This document shows, piece after piece, positions 27,383-37,159 of a stretch of DNA of 64,000 nt. Each line of letters begins with the position of its first letter. Positions within the stretch are counted from its first letter, which is position 1. Origin of the DNA: a virus (Duplodnaviria > Caudoviricetes); the IMG/VR virus record IMGVR_UViG_3300035675_000001. One strand, 5' to 3'. The notes under the pieces were generated by a model, which was given only the letters and a program-made list of their open reading frames with translations, searched no databases and was not told where the DNA came from. A program made the translations under genes and the position numbers.

Positions 27383-28303
27383 ATGGCATTTCAATCGAAG
27401 TTGAAAAGCCTGCAACCGCGCAGGCTACAATACCAGAAGCGGATCAAGCTGCTCTCTGGCGGCTACGTTAAGCCAGACGCTTTCCCAAACGGCGAGATCA
27501 ACGTCTTTCCCTGGGATGCAAACGTCGATGACTGGCTGGCTGAACGTGTCCGCAAGGGCAACCAAAACACGGTCCTGTTCGACCTCTGCGCCCAGGTGTG
27601 CGACCTCAACGGTTGCCCCCTGGAAAGCTTCGTGGTCGGGGACGTGAACACTGTGCTCCTGGTCGCCCGGTCGCTGCGCTACAACGGCAGCAAGGTCGAA
27701 TACGAGACCACCTGCCCGAAGTGCGGCAACACCGAAGTCGCCGCCATTCAAGTGCCAGATGAGCTGGGCCGCGTAGGCGAGAAGGACCAAAGCTACCAGG
27801 GCTTTGACACCATCACGCTGCCGGACTCCGGCGATGAGGTCCAAATCCGGCCTCTCCAGGTCAAGGACGAGGGCATCATCATGAGCCGTGATACGGCCTC
27901 CAAGCAGCTCATGACGGATCGCGTCATGCACATCCTGATGCCGGTCGTGGCCATCAACGGCGGCAACCCGGACGCCTGGGAGGACGTGGTGCGCTGGTAT
28001 AACGCGCTGTCCCCGCGAGACGCAGAACTGCTGGAAGACGCCGAGAACGAACTCTACCCACACCTGGACACCGCGATCCCGCATCAGTGCGACCGGTGCC
28101 GCCACAAGTTCAAGCATACCTTGGACTTTACCACCGAGTTTTTTCGTTCGAGCCTCAAGCCAAGCCACGGAAATGCGGTGGCACCAGATGTTCGATCTGG
28201 CGTGGAACGGCAAGGGGCTAATACTGAACCTGCGGGAAGTCCCGGACCAAATCCTGGAACAGATGGTGGAGTGGGCAAACGAAAAGATCGAAGCGGAAAA
28301 TGA
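27383..28303 (+). CDS. Baseplate hub / tail assembly protein, gp26-like
   Basis: GDVNTVLLVARSLRYNG..CPKCG..IRPLQVKDE..CDRC..DFTTEFF. Confidence 0.7.
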   Translation: MAFQSKLKSLQPRRLQYQKRIKLLSGGYVKPDAFPNGEINVFPWDANVDDWLAERVRKGNQNTVLFDLCAQVCDLNGCPLESFVVGDVNTVLLVARSLRYNGSKVEYETTCPKCGNTEVAAIQVPDELGRVGEKDQSYQGFDTITLPDSGDEVQIRPLQVKDEGIIMSRDTASKQLMTDRVMHILMPVVAINGGNPDAWEDVVRWYNALSPRDAELLEDAENELYPHLDTAIPHQCDRCRHKFKHTLDFTTEFFRSSLKPSHGNAVAPDVRSGVERQGANTEPAGSPGPNPGTDGGVGKRKDRSGK

Positions 28304-28328
28304 GCAGATCAAAAGCCCGCCGCCATGA
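28173..28328 (+). CDS. Unannotated gp51-like small ORF / frameshift extension of gp26-like gene
   Basis: +1 frame MRWHQMFDLAWNGKGLILNLREVPDQILEQMVEWANEKIEAENEQIKSPPP; its TGA overlaps ATG 28325. Confidence 0.65.
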   Translation: MRWHQMFDLAWNGKGLILNLREVPDQILEQMVEWANEKIEAENEQIKSPPP

Positions 28329-29209
28329 ACGACCTGATCGTTGATGGAAATTCACTCTTTGCCCGCTGCTGGTTCGCCGTAAAAAGCGACCCGGAAGCGA
28401 CGCGACGGGTGTTTGTTCAATCCGTGCTCCAGCTCCTCGACGAGCGGGATGGCCGGATCGGGCTGACGATCAATCGGACCCTGTTTGCCTGGGACGGCAA
28501 GGCCAAGACCGACAAGAATCACAAGGACAAGGGCGAGGAATACGACCGCTGCCGTCGCAAGATTCAGGAAGACCTCTACACCCTGTTCGATACGGTCCAC
28601 GGCTACCATAAGGAATACGAAGCCGATGACATCGTGGCGACCGCCGTGTTCAACTCCACAGCCCGCCAGGTCTTCGTAGTCAGCGGCGATAAAGACCTCA
28701 TGCAGCTCCAGGGCGGCAACGTCAGCTACTACTGCCTGAACAGCAAAGCTGTCGTGCCCTCGCGCACGATCTGCCACAAGTTCTGCGTCAAGCGCCCCTC
28801 CCAGGTCGCCCTGGCCCTGGCCATCATCGGCGATGCCAACGATGGCATCAGCGGCGTGCCCCGCTGGGGTCCGAAGAAGTCCGAGAAGCTGTTCGAGGCC
28901 GTGACCGAAGCAATGAACTTCGAGTCAGCCCTGGCAACCATCCAGGCTCAGATTCCAGAAGACCTGCTGCCCTACTTTCTGGACTCGCTGGACAAGACCC
29001 TTCTCCACAATGACGTGCCCGGCGTGCCGGAGCCTGCGGAGCTTCGTTTCTGCACGACTGATGAGCTGATGAGCTTGGGGATCGAGAAAATCGCACAGGG
29101 CTACGAGCGCGTAGCCATGCAATACGAAGGCGGAAATCAGGAGGAAGCGATGGCCGCAATGCTCAAGCGGCCTACGGATTCGCCGAGCGCCCGCAGAGCA
29201 CCTGAATAG
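28325..29209 (+). CDS. 5'-3' exonuclease / RNase H (FEN1-like, PolI N-terminal family)
   Basis: LIVDGNS, FAWDG, YEADDIVAT, VSGDKDLMQL, GDANDGISGVPRWGPK. Confidence 0.9.
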   Translation: MNDLIVDGNSLFARCWFAVKSDPEATRRVFVQSVLQLLDERDGRIGLTINRTLFAWDGKAKTDKNHKDKGEEYDRCRRKIQEDLYTLFDTVHGYHKEYEADDIVATAVFNSTARQVFVVSGDKDLMQLQGGNVSYYCLNSKAVVPSRTICHKFCVKRPSQVALALAIIGDANDGISGVPRWGPKKSEKLFEAVTEAMNFESALATIQAQIPEDLLPYFLDSLDKTLLHNDVPGVPEPAELRFCTTDELMSLGIEKIAQGYERVAMQYEGGNQEEAMAAMLKRPTDSPSARRAPE

Positions 29210-29549
29210 CCACAGTCTGAGTCTGGCTGTTCGTAAAGGTGAACGCATTGGGCGTGTCCGACAGCAGCGCGACCTGGCCGGTGCCAGTGAAGATGTGCGG
29301 GGCATTCAGCACCACAGAAGGTCCACCATCCACGGAATAGGTCACAGCGCCATTATACACGCCTGCCATGATGGCCAGGAAGGGCACGTCGCCAGGATTG
29401 CTGCCGGGCTGAACGGCGATGGTTCGGCTGGTCAACCCACCCAGGACGAAATTCACCTTGTCGTAAGCCTCAACGGTGAAGCTCTGGTTGAGCGTGAGCG
29501 GGGCCTCGCCGGAGGCGGTGATGGTGGTTACGACTGTGATTCCGTTCAT
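29172..29549 (-). CDS. Putative virion protein
   Basis: Beta-rich T/V/G composition; in tail operon. Confidence 0.65.
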   Translation of the reverse strand: MNGITVVTTITASGEAPLTLNQSFTVEAYDKVNFVLGGLTSRTIAVQPGSNPGDVPFLAIMAGVYNGAVTYSVDGGPSVVLNAPHIFTGTGQVALLSDTPNAFTFTNSQTQTVAIQVLCGRSANP

Positions 29550-29555
29550 AGCTGT

Positions 29556-29909
29556 TTACAAGTTGAGGATTGGAACCGCCCCGCCAGAGTCGCGGTTGAA
29601 ATAGCGGGTGATGGCGAACTCCAGAAACGCACCACCGGAGGCGTTGCCGATCATCTGCACCTTCGGGTTCGAGGACTCGACCTCGATCAGCTTGGTTTCG
29701 TTCGGGGAAAGCGTGTTGTAGAAATCGCTGCCGCTCGCGCCCATGTCCACCCAAGACACGCCGTTCCACTCCTGGAACCGGTAGTTCATCGTGTTGACAC
29801 CGGAGTTCTTGAGAACGATGGCGGCATCAATCGGGGCGGGCTGAATGATGGTAAAGAGCGTGCCAACGGCCTCGCCGACGACCTGTGAATCAGTGATGTG
29901 GACTACCAT
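29556..29909 (-). CDS. Putative virion beta-sandwich protein
   Basis: IVLKNSGVNTMNYRFQE; in tail operon. Confidence 0.65.
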   Translation of the reverse strand: MVVHITDSQVVGEAVGTLFTIIQPAPIDAAIVLKNSGVNTMNYRFQEWNGVSWVDMGASGSDFYNTLSPNETKLIEVESSNPKVQMIGNASGGAFLEFAITRYFNRDSGGAVPILNL

Positions 29910-29912
29910 AAA

Positions 29913-30449
29913 TCAGAAGCGTATCCGCCAGGTTAAGGTTGGGGAGAAGTCGGACGTTTTGTTGATCCCGACGCTGCGGACTTTCCGCGCCAGGAGCGTG
30001 TTGTTGCCGGAAAACAGGCCGAACTCCGTCAGGAGGTAGCCGTTGGCGTCGCCGACCGCGATATTGAATCCAACCCGCATGACAAATGCCGTCAGGAAAT
30101 CGACGCTGGTGATTAGCGCGGTGGTCGCGCCAAAACCCGATGCCAGCGGGATGGCAGCCTCCAGGGCTACGTCAGTCACCCTGGCCGCAGTGAGGCCGGT
30201 CCCAACGCCGAACTTCTGGACCGTGTAGTTCTCGATGGGAGCGCGGAAGCCGAAAGCGTAAGCGAGGAGCTGGCGACCTTGATCGAGGAACAGGTTGCTG
30301 CCGAGGCAAACTTCATCCTGGCCAACATCCCACCCACCCGGCGTTCGTTCCGGGTTGATCCATCCGTAATCACAAGCTTTGCGGAGTGGCAATTCCTTAC
30401 CATCCGCAAGCGTGATCTTGGAAACGGTGATTAGACCTTCTGCTCGCAT
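29913..30449 (-). CDS. Tail-collar/baseplate attachment-type protein
   Basis: FGVGTG..VTDVALE..LTEFGLF..LLARK..INKTSDF..TWRIRF. Confidence 0.7.
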   Translation of the reverse strand: MRAEGLITVSKITLADGKELPLRKACDYGWINPERTPGGWDVGQDEVCLGSNLFLDQGRQLLAYAFGFRAPIENYTVQKFGVGTGLTAARVTDVALEAAIPLASGFGATTALITSVDFLTAFVMRVGFNIAVGDANGYLLTEFGLFSGNNTLLARKVRSVGINKTSDFSPTLTWRIRF

Positions 30450-31192
30450 TATTCAGCGCCAGGGGCCTCCAAGAGCCGGTCAGCCAACGCCTGGATCGAA
30501 CCATCAACATCCAGGTGCTCCATCGAGGGCTGCATCGGGTTGATGGCAGCCTTGGACGGAACGCCACAGGCTTTCGGGGGCACCTTGTTGTATTGCTGGC
30601 GGAAATTCATTCGGCCTTCGTTGCCGAGACGGCGACGCATCGGCGGACGAACCGGGACGCGACCAGCAGCGGCAGCCATACCGCCGCCAAAGCTCTCTTT
30701 CACGTCCTTCTCCGGCGCGTCATCCTTGGACTTGTCGCTCTTGCCCTTGCCTTCCTTGTTCTGCTTCATGCGGGTGCAGAAGCCACAGGTGCAACCGGCC
30801 TTGTGCCCGCCCTCGGACAACAGCGCGGCCACATCGTCCTCATCGCCGTCGATGAGCTGGCGCAGAGTCTCCTTCATGGCCTCCTTGCTGATCTTCTCGC
30901 CCTCGTCGTCGCTCTTGCCATCACCCTTGGTGGTGTAGTCCTTGCCGGACGTGGGAGCGTGCGAAGGGGCGGCGGCAACAGGGGCAGGAATCGACCCCGA
31001 AGGCTGCTTGTAAGCCTTCTTGACAGTCTCGCCCTCGTCCTCACTCTTGCCCTGCCCCTTGGTTGTGGCGTCCTTGCCACTGGTGGGTGCGTGCGAAGGA
31101 GCGGGTGCGACAGGAGCCGGGATGCTGTCTTCACTGACCCTGCGGCCATGCCGGGCATCATCCAACCTGGAGATAAATTCGTGCGCTTTCAT
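30449..31192 (-). CDS. Charged low-complexity protein with 44-aa duplication (possible internal head protein)
   Basis: SIPAPVA.APSHAPTSGKD.TTKG.GKS.DEGE twice; HKAGCTCGFC. Confidence 0.7.
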   Translation of the reverse strand: MKAHEFISRLDDARHGRRVSEDSIPAPVAPAPSHAPTSGKDATTKGQGKSEDEGETVKKAYKQPSGSIPAPVAAAPSHAPTSGKDYTTKGDGKSDDEGEKISKEAMKETLRQLIDGDEDDVAALLSEGGHKAGCTCGFCTRMKQNKEGKGKSDKSKDDAPEKDVKESFGGGMAAAAGRVPVRPPMRRRLGNEGRMNFRQQYNKVPPKACGVPSKAAINPMQPSMEHLDVDGSIQALADRLLEAPGAE

Positions 31193-31195
31193 GTG

Positions 31196-31804
31196 TTAAG
31201 GGATCGGAACGATCATTGAGTCGATGTTGACGGGGTAGTAGCGGTCAATCTGGATGCTGAGCTGGCAGTCCACTTTGCCGCTCGTCGTCATATCGGCATC
31301 CGAGAACTTGAAGCCCTTCAAGAGCACGCCTTCCAGGCGATACTTGAGGCCGTTTTTCATCGTGTTGGGCGATGACTGGGGGACGCCCCGAATGTCGCCG
31401 TTCTGTGCGACCTGGTTGGGGACGATCCAGATAAAGAACCCGTCCGTCTTGACCATGCTGGTCAGACCGACACCGCCCGTGAGCGGATTGCGAATCAGCC
31501 ACATCCACTTTTCCAGGGCTGTGGCGATGTCCGTGGCGAACGCATAGCGAACAGGCACTTCCACGGCAGGCGTTGGGGTGTCGCCGCCGATCTGGAAGTT
31601 CGTCTGCTGCATGTATTTCACCGGGATCACGTCAATGCTGCGCTCCGGGAACGGGAATTTCTCCACGGCAAACTCCACCTGGTCGGTCCAGTTCATGCGG
31701 AGCTGCTGAGGCAGATTGATGCTGAACTTGAACAGGTCTTGACGCTGCAAGTCCAACCGAGAGTCCTGGCTCCCGAACGTGTTCTTGAATAGCATTCTGC
31801 TCAT
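31196..31804 (-). CDS. gp19: Tail tube protein, gp19-like
   Basis: Directly after sheath; QRQDLFKF..FPFPER..LEKWMWLI..FSDADM..IQIDR. Confidence 0.75.
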   Translation of the reverse strand: MSRMLFKNTFGSQDSRLDLQRQDLFKFSINLPQQLRMNWTDQVEFAVEKFPFPERSIDVIPVKYMQQTNFQIGGDTPTPAVEVPVRYAFATDIATALEKWMWLIRNPLTGGVGLTSMVKTDGFFIWIVPNQVAQNGDIRGVPQSSPNTMKNGLKYRLEGVLLKGFKFSDADMTTSGKVDCQLSIQIDRYYPVNIDSMIVPIP

Positions 31805-31809
31805 AAATC

Positions 31810-34020
31810 TTAGCCAGTTACATTGGTGAGGTCTGCGCCGGACTCGCGGACGATTGCGTTGATGTAGATGCGCTCGACGGCATCAGTCGGGATGACGTAG
31901 AGATCAACGATCACTTCGCGCCGGTTCCGCGTGGCGGCGTTGTTGTTCGACTCGTCACAGACGAGGTTGTAGGCTTCGACGCCCCGGAGGCTCTTGACGC
32001 CATCGAGGAACTGCGTCATCGCCAGCTCAATCTGGTTGAGCAGCGTCACGTCGTTCGGGTCGAACACGAACCGGCGACCGATGACCGCCAACCCCTGGAC
32101 GATGTATTCGACCAGGACCAGGTTGTGAATCGCAGTGAGCTTGCTCTCCTTGCGCTGGAGAGTGCGCTCGCCGTAAACCATGATGGACCCGTTCCGCTGG
32201 ATGATCGGATTGACCGAGTTGCCGGAGCCATACATGGCCTCCTTGGCATTGTCGGACAACCGAGGGAACATGACCGAGGTCGCCTCGCTGATGATGCCCC
32301 GGTTCTCACCGGCAGCGGCATACCAGGGCTGGTCGTGCAACCAGGTGTAGGCCATCGCCCGGAGCGCCCCGATGCACGGGGGAACGAGCTTGGGCTGCTG
32401 GGTGATGGGGTCGTTCATCGTGAACCAATTCCAGAAGCACGCCAGGTAAGCCGTGTCGAGCTTGCCGCGAGACTGGAATTTGCCCTGGCCGTTGTGCCAG
32501 TCGATGGCGTCCCACACGTTCATCGGCACTCCGTTGTAGGAGGCCGGAACGTCGATGAGGCCGATGGACTTGGTGACGTAGGCCGTGTCGCGCATCTGCG
32601 TCTGGACCGGAACCATCGTCGCGTCCGCCGAGGTCACGCCAGGGGCGCACAGCGTGGTGATGTAAATGTTGTCGGTGTCCTCGTAGGACTTGAGGCCCGT
32701 CATGGTGTCGTCCACCGGGTTCAGGGTGCCGACGAAATCCGAAGCTTGCGCGGCCTCGCCGTTGTAACCGCTGGCGAAAGCACCGCCCGGCAGAGGCACG
32801 CCATACTTGGCCGTGTTGGTCGGGGATTGCGGGACCGGCAGCGTCGGGCTGCTGTTCCACGGATCGACCGTGTTGGCTGGAACCACGCTGCCGAGCAACT
32901 TGATGGTGATGTAGCTGGAAGGCGTGTCGGTGTTGATCGTGGCCTCGAACTCCAGGGGCGGAGCCGTGGTGGGGAAGGCGCTGTCGATGCCCAGGTTGTC
33001 GTAAACTTCGACCAGGGCCGAATCCCAGTAGATGCTGAACTTCTTGGTGCCCGCCTGAGTGCCGGGGCTGACCTTGACCTGCAACCCGCTGATGGGGTTC
33101 GAGTCGGTCGTATTGGCCCAGGTGCCTTCGGTCGCGGCGTAAATCAAGCACGAGTTGGTCTTGCCGGAGACCTTCTCCACCGTAGCCGCGTCGTAGCGGT
33201 CCTGGAGAGGAAGCGCCTGGTAGCCACGTTCGGTGTCATCCGTGGCCTGGATTTCAATGGTCGCCGCTCCGCTGATGATCGGGTTGACCCTGGTCACGTA
33301 AACCTCATAGGTCGGGAACTTGCCCGCCTGGCTAATCCGAAGGAGATCACCTACGGCGATGTCGGTCGGATTGGTCGTGACGCTGAAATAGTAGTTGCCC
33401 TTTTCACCGGAAACCGTGCCGAGAGTGGCAATGGCGGTGTAGGTGTAACCCTGGAGGACGCCCTGGGCTTTGCTCGCCGGGTTAGCGTAGTAGCTGAACT
33501 TGAGCGTGCCGTTCGTGTAGGTGTCGGCCAACGTCACCGATTCGAGGGTGACCGTGGTCCCGGAAACGCTGAGCACCTTCGCGTTCAGAGTGCTCTGCTT
33601 GCCGTCCTCCGTGATCGAGACGTAATACAGGCCGGTCGGAGAAGGCGTTTGGGTGGAATCCACCAGCGGAGCAGCATTTGTGGTGAAAGTCGAGGCTCCC
33701 GCAGTGCCCGTGACCGCGTAGCTGACAGTGCCAGCAGGCAGGTCTTTGTAGAGCAAGCCCACGCGCACGACCATGCAACCATCCGTGTATGGCGTGCAGA
33801 CGCCCACGGCGGTTCCGAGGAAGTAGTCGCCGTCAATCGGTGCGCCGAAGATGCGGACAAAATCCTGGATCGTGCGAACCTGGGTCGGCGTATTGAATGG
33901 GCCTTTGCTGGCCACACCAATCAGGCCGGGGCGGAATCGAGCAGTGTTCGTGTCGGAGAACGACTGGTCGATGATCTGCGTATAGACGCCCGGAAAGTTC
34001 TTTCGCTTAATCGTTGCCAT
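31810..34020 (-). CDS. gp18: Contractile tail sheath protein, gp18-like
   Basis: FPGVYTQIID..IGVASKGPFNTP; WYAAAGENRG; NSVNPI; YGERTLQ; CDESNN..ERIYI. Confidence 0.95.
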   Translation of the reverse strand: MATIKRKNFPGVYTQIIDQSFSDTNTARFRPGLIGVASKGPFNTPTQVRTIQDFVRIFGAPIDGDYFLGTAVGVCTPYTDGCMVVRVGLLYKDLPAGTVSYAVTGTAGASTFTTNAAPLVDSTQTPSPTGLYYVSITEDGKQSTLNAKVLSVSGTTVTLESVTLADTYTNGTLKFSYYANPASKAQGVLQGYTYTAIATLGTVSGEKGNYYFSVTTNPTDIAVGDLLRISQAGKFPTYEVYVTRVNPIISGAATIEIQATDDTERGYQALPLQDRYDAATVEKVSGKTNSCLIYAATEGTWANTTDSNPISGLQVKVSPGTQAGTKKFSIYWDSALVEVYDNLGIDSAFPTTAPPLEFEATINTDTPSSYITIKLLGSVVPANTVDPWNSSPTLPVPQSPTNTAKYGVPLPGGAFASGYNGEAAQASDFVGTLNPVDDTMTGLKSYEDTDNIYITTLCAPGVTSADATMVPVQTQMRDTAYVTKSIGLIDVPASYNGVPMNVWDAIDWHNGQGKFQSRGKLDTAYLACFWNWFTMNDPITQQPKLVPPCIGALRAMAYTWLHDQPWYAAAGENRGIISEATSVMFPRLSDNAKEAMYGSGNSVNPIIQRNGSIMVYGERTLQRKESKLTAIHNLVLVEYIVQGLAVIGRRFVFDPNDVTLLNQIELAMTQFLDGVKSLRGVEAYNLVCDESNNNAATRNRREVIVDLYVIPTDAVERIYINAIVRESGADLTNVTG

Positions 34021-34087
34021 ACACGTTCATCTTTCTCTCTATCTACGCTGCGTCATTTCGTGGTTTCGTGGTCAATTTTGTAAACAA

Positions 34088-35257
34088 TTACGCTAAATCC
34101 CGGCTCCAGCTCGACCGGAAGACCAAGGTCAGGGTGTGCGAATTGTCTTTGATCTGGTTGCTGTCCAAAACGAACACGTAAGCCGTCGAGGATGCCGCAA
34201 AAAAGTTGTTGGGAGCGTGGTATCCGTAGCCGAAGCTGCGCTGATCCACCCGATTGGCTGTTCCGACATTGAAAACGGCGGTCGCATCCACGTAAAAGCT
34301 GTTGGCTGTGTAAGATGCCCGCGTAACGGTGTCGGCGTAGCCCGCATTGGTATGGCGATTCACGCACGATCCAAATGTCGCCGGTGCCGCTGCGTTGGGA
34401 GACAGAAAGACTCCCCAATTTGAACCACCCGTGTTGAACGGTTCCGAAGTCAAAAATCCGTAGATTTGTGATGAACCGTTGGTGTCCACCGTGCCCAGTA
34501 GAGCGAGCTGCGCCTGTTCAACTCCGGTGGTCCCGGTCCAACCGGAGATCGCCGCCGACCTGGAAATGGGTGATCCAGGGTTCAGCGTGACTCGAAGCTC
34601 GTAGGTGACGCGCAACTGCTGGCCGATGTCCACAAACACGGGGGCAGGCAGCAGAACGCGGGCGAAAGTCGTGCTGGCTCCCGTATTCGTCCAGGAGAAG
34701 CCGATTTCCGTGTAGTTCTGTGCGGCGATCTCGATGGTGAAGTCGAAAGTGCGCCGGAACTGAAATTGATTGCCGACCTGGGTCGTGCCGCAGTTGCCCG
34801 CGCCGGTCAACTTGGTGTTGGTCCGCTTGGTCTCGATCTGGAGCGCCGTATCCTGTGTGTTGTATTTGACGAAATGGCCGCTGGCCGAAGCGGTCGAGGC
34901 TGTGCTGACGGTGGTCGAGTTCAGGTAGCTGCTGATGAGGGCGCGGGTGCCGTCGTCCCACTTCAACTCGGCTCCAACGTCGCTGGGATCGAAGAAAGAG
35001 GCGTCGGTCGAAATCGTGCCCGCCGCAAGCGTGGCGTTGGTGGTCAGGCTGTCCACGGAGGTCGGTCGGACGCCAGTGCCGCAGATCGCATACTCGAAGC
35101 TGCTCACCCAAGCCCGGCTGGCGATACCGTTCAGACCCGCGTTCAGGATCAGGTTCCTGATCCAGCCGGGGCCGGAGTCTCGAACGACCTTTCCGGTCGC
35201 TCCATCGACTACCGCCCACTTGAGGTAGCCGCCCGCTGATTGTGATGTCCGAGTCAT
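34088..35257 (-). CDS. Putative baseplate/tail virion protein
   Basis: NLILNAGLNGIA..ICGTG; LTLVFRSSWSR end; TAGATA 4 nt upstream (35262-35267). Confidence 0.65.
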   Translation of the reverse strand: MTRTSQSAGGYLKWAVVDGATGKVVRDSGPGWIRNLILNAGLNGIASRAWVSSFEYAICGTGVRPTSVDSLTTNATLAAGTISTDASFFDPSDVGAELKWDDGTRALISSYLNSTTVSTASTASASGHFVKYNTQDTALQIETKRTNTKLTGAGNCGTTQVGNQFQFRRTFDFTIEIAAQNYTEIGFSWTNTGASTTFARVLLPAPVFVDIGQQLRVTYELRVTLNPGSPISRSAAISGWTGTTGVEQAQLALLGTVDTNGSSQIYGFLTSEPFNTGGSNWGVFLSPNAAAPATFGSCVNRHTNAGYADTVTRASYTANSFYVDATAVFNVGTANRVDQRSFGYGYHAPNNFFAASSTAYVFVLDSNQIKDNSHTLTLVFRSSWSRDLA

Positions 35258-35264
35258 AATCTAT

Positions 35265-36821
35265 CTACGCATACGCGCCGTTCAAAAACAGGCCCGCCAT
35301 ACTGCCAGAAGCGAACCAAGTGCCAGCGTCCGCGACCACCATCGTATTCGTCCCCACCAGGAAGACGCTTGCGGTCGTGCCCGCGTCAAAGTAACTACCA
35401 CCGTCAACAGAGGTCAGGGTGTAGGTGCCCGTGCCGAAAACGCCTGCGCTGGTCCCGGCCTCAAAGTAGGTGCCAATATCAACGACAGTTGAGCGATACG
35501 TGCCGGTCGTGAAAACACCCGCCGTGGTCCCACTCTCGAAGTAGGTGCCTCCCGGCATCAGCGTCAGGACGTAAGCTCCCCCGGTCAGGCTGCCTGCCGA
35601 AGCCCCGTAATCGTAGAGGATGAACTTCTCATTGGCCCCATAAAGCAAACCGCCATAAACGCTTCCAGATTCAACCACGCTGCCGTAGTCAACAATGGTC
35701 CCTCCGGGGAAGAAATAGTCCCCGGACAGGAACGCGCCGTTGACGCTGGCTCCCTCGTAGTGGGTTCCACCGAAAGCGGTTACCATGACCAGGCTGGCCA
35801 TGCCGTAGCCAGAGGTTTGCGGGATGCCGCCCATGAAAAACGGGCTGGTCGGGTATGGGCTGCTGCCGCCGTAGAGCAAGTAGGCGTTGGGCTGGAGGCT
35901 ACCGTTCAGGTAAATCTCGTGATACGGGTAGGTTCCGTATTGAGACAGAATTTGTTGACATTCTTCATCAGGAGGAATGTTGGGCCGCGACAGCATGGTC
36001 ACGTTGTCGTCTTTGAGCCGCAGATCGACCTCCTGCTCCTCGAAAGCTTCGTCCAGTTCGTCCGGGTTGACAGCTTCCTCCATGCCCCGGATGAGCAGTT
36101 TCCAGAGCGCCGGGACAAACTGCACGTTCTGGTCGATGGAGTAGCCCTCCATGCAGAGCGTGAAGGTCGTGCGAAATTCAACGTGCTTCTGATCTTCTGG
36201 CTCCTCCAGGGTGCTGTTCTCGATGTCCCCCTCAATGAACATCCTGATCTTGTGCCAGCCGATCACCGGGTAATGGATGTGGACCCAGCACTGCGGCGTG
36301 CCGCCTGTGATCCACATGGACCGCATCAGCTTTTCGACGAAATACGCCTGCGTGTCCGGGCGCATGGCGTAGTGGTCAACCTGCCAGCGGTAGTCCCAAG
36401 CCATTGGCCGGTAGCTGACAGTGACGTTCCCAAGCTGACACCGGCCCACGTCATCGCTGACGGTGGGCCAGTTCATTTTGCGCCACTGGTGGATCGAGTA
36501 ATTCTGCTCCGGGCGGTAGCGCCAGCCGCGCCGGAACACGGAAATCAGAGGGTAGCGAAGATTGGACGGATACGGCTCATAAAGCGGAGTCCCCTTCTCA
36601 TCCTTGAGGTCGAGAAGGTATTTGAACGGGTTGTTTTCGCTTTTCCACAGCTTGTCGAAGTTCCCGAAGGCATCCATCGGCGTGCTGAACACGACCGGGA
36701 TCGGATAGCCCTCACGAACAAAGAATGTTGTGTAGAGCCATCGCTGGAGCGCCAGCTCGTGGTAGCGCATTCCTGTCGCACCCACGCCGCCCGGCCTCAC
36801 GCTTAGGGTCTCGTCTGCCAT
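35265..36821 (-). CDS. Tail completion/sheath stabiliser (gp15-like) fused to C-terminal ~26-aa repeats
   Basis: IPVVFSTP..YPLISVFRRGWRYRPE..FRTTFTLCMEGY; GTYFEAGTSAGVFGTGTY repeats. Confidence 0.6.
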   Translation of the reverse strand: MADETLSVRPGGVGATGMRYHELALQRWLYTTFFVREGYPIPVVFSTPMDAFGNFDKLWKSENNPFKYLLDLKDEKGTPLYEPYPSNLRYPLISVFRRGWRYRPEQNYSIHQWRKMNWPTVSDDVGRCQLGNVTVSYRPMAWDYRWQVDHYAMRPDTQAYFVEKLMRSMWITGGTPQCWVHIHYPVIGWHKIRMFIEGDIENSTLEEPEDQKHVEFRTTFTLCMEGYSIDQNVQFVPALWKLLIRGMEEAVNPDELDEAFEEQEVDLRLKDDNVTMLSRPNIPPDEECQQILSQYGTYPYHEIYLNGSLQPNAYLLYGGSSPYPTSPFFMGGIPQTSGYGMASLVMVTAFGGTHYEGASVNGAFLSGDYFFPGGTIVDYGSVVESGSVYGGLLYGANEKFILYDYGASAGSLTGGAYVLTLMPGGTYFESGTTAGVFTTGTYRSTVVDIGTYFEAGTSAGVFGTGTYTLTSVDGGSYFDAGTTASVFLVGTNTMVVADAGTWFASGSMAGLFLNGAYA

Positions 36822-36881
36822 AATCTAAATAGCCGACGAGCCTGGACGCGCACTCGCGTAGCGCGAGCTGGCACGACAAGA

Positions 36882-37154
36882 TCACTTGAGGGTAATCAGC
36901 AGGCTCGACTGAACGGGAAGCTTCGTGCCATTCGGCAGTTCGACATCAACAAAACCGCTGCCCTTGGCCGATGGGCCAACCACCTTGGCTTTGACACCAG
37001 GCTGGGCGTAAGTCGGATCGTCGATGATGGCAACCGTATCCCCGGAGTTTACATCCTCCGAGAGAATCCGATTGGCTGCCTCCTTGATGGAGGCGGGCTT
37101 CCTCACGTCGGCTTGCGCGACCGCTTCTTGGATCGTCTGTTCAATGTTCTTCAT
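36882..37154 (-). CDS. Small protein, SH3/KOW-like C-terminus
   Basis: GDTVAII..KAKVVG..FVDVELPNG; TACTTA 6 nt upstream. Confidence 0.65.
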   Translation of the reverse strand: MKNIEQTIQEAVAQADVRKPASIKEAANRILSEDVNSGDTVAIIDDPTYAQPGVKAKVVGPSAKGSGFVDVELPNGTKLPVQSSLLITLK

Positions 37155-37159
37155 GCTTT

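Noticed and set aside
32125-34083. 652-aa plus-strand ORF (and similar long ORFs at 12403, 23830, 42242 N-terminal part, 52197, 58500)
   Set aside because: Antisense shadows of well-supported genes; high GC3 removes stops on the opposite strand; no recognisable motifs
3153-36821. Diversity-generating retroelement acting on fibre genes
   Set aside because: No reverse transcriptase and no TR/VR pair differing at adenines noticed
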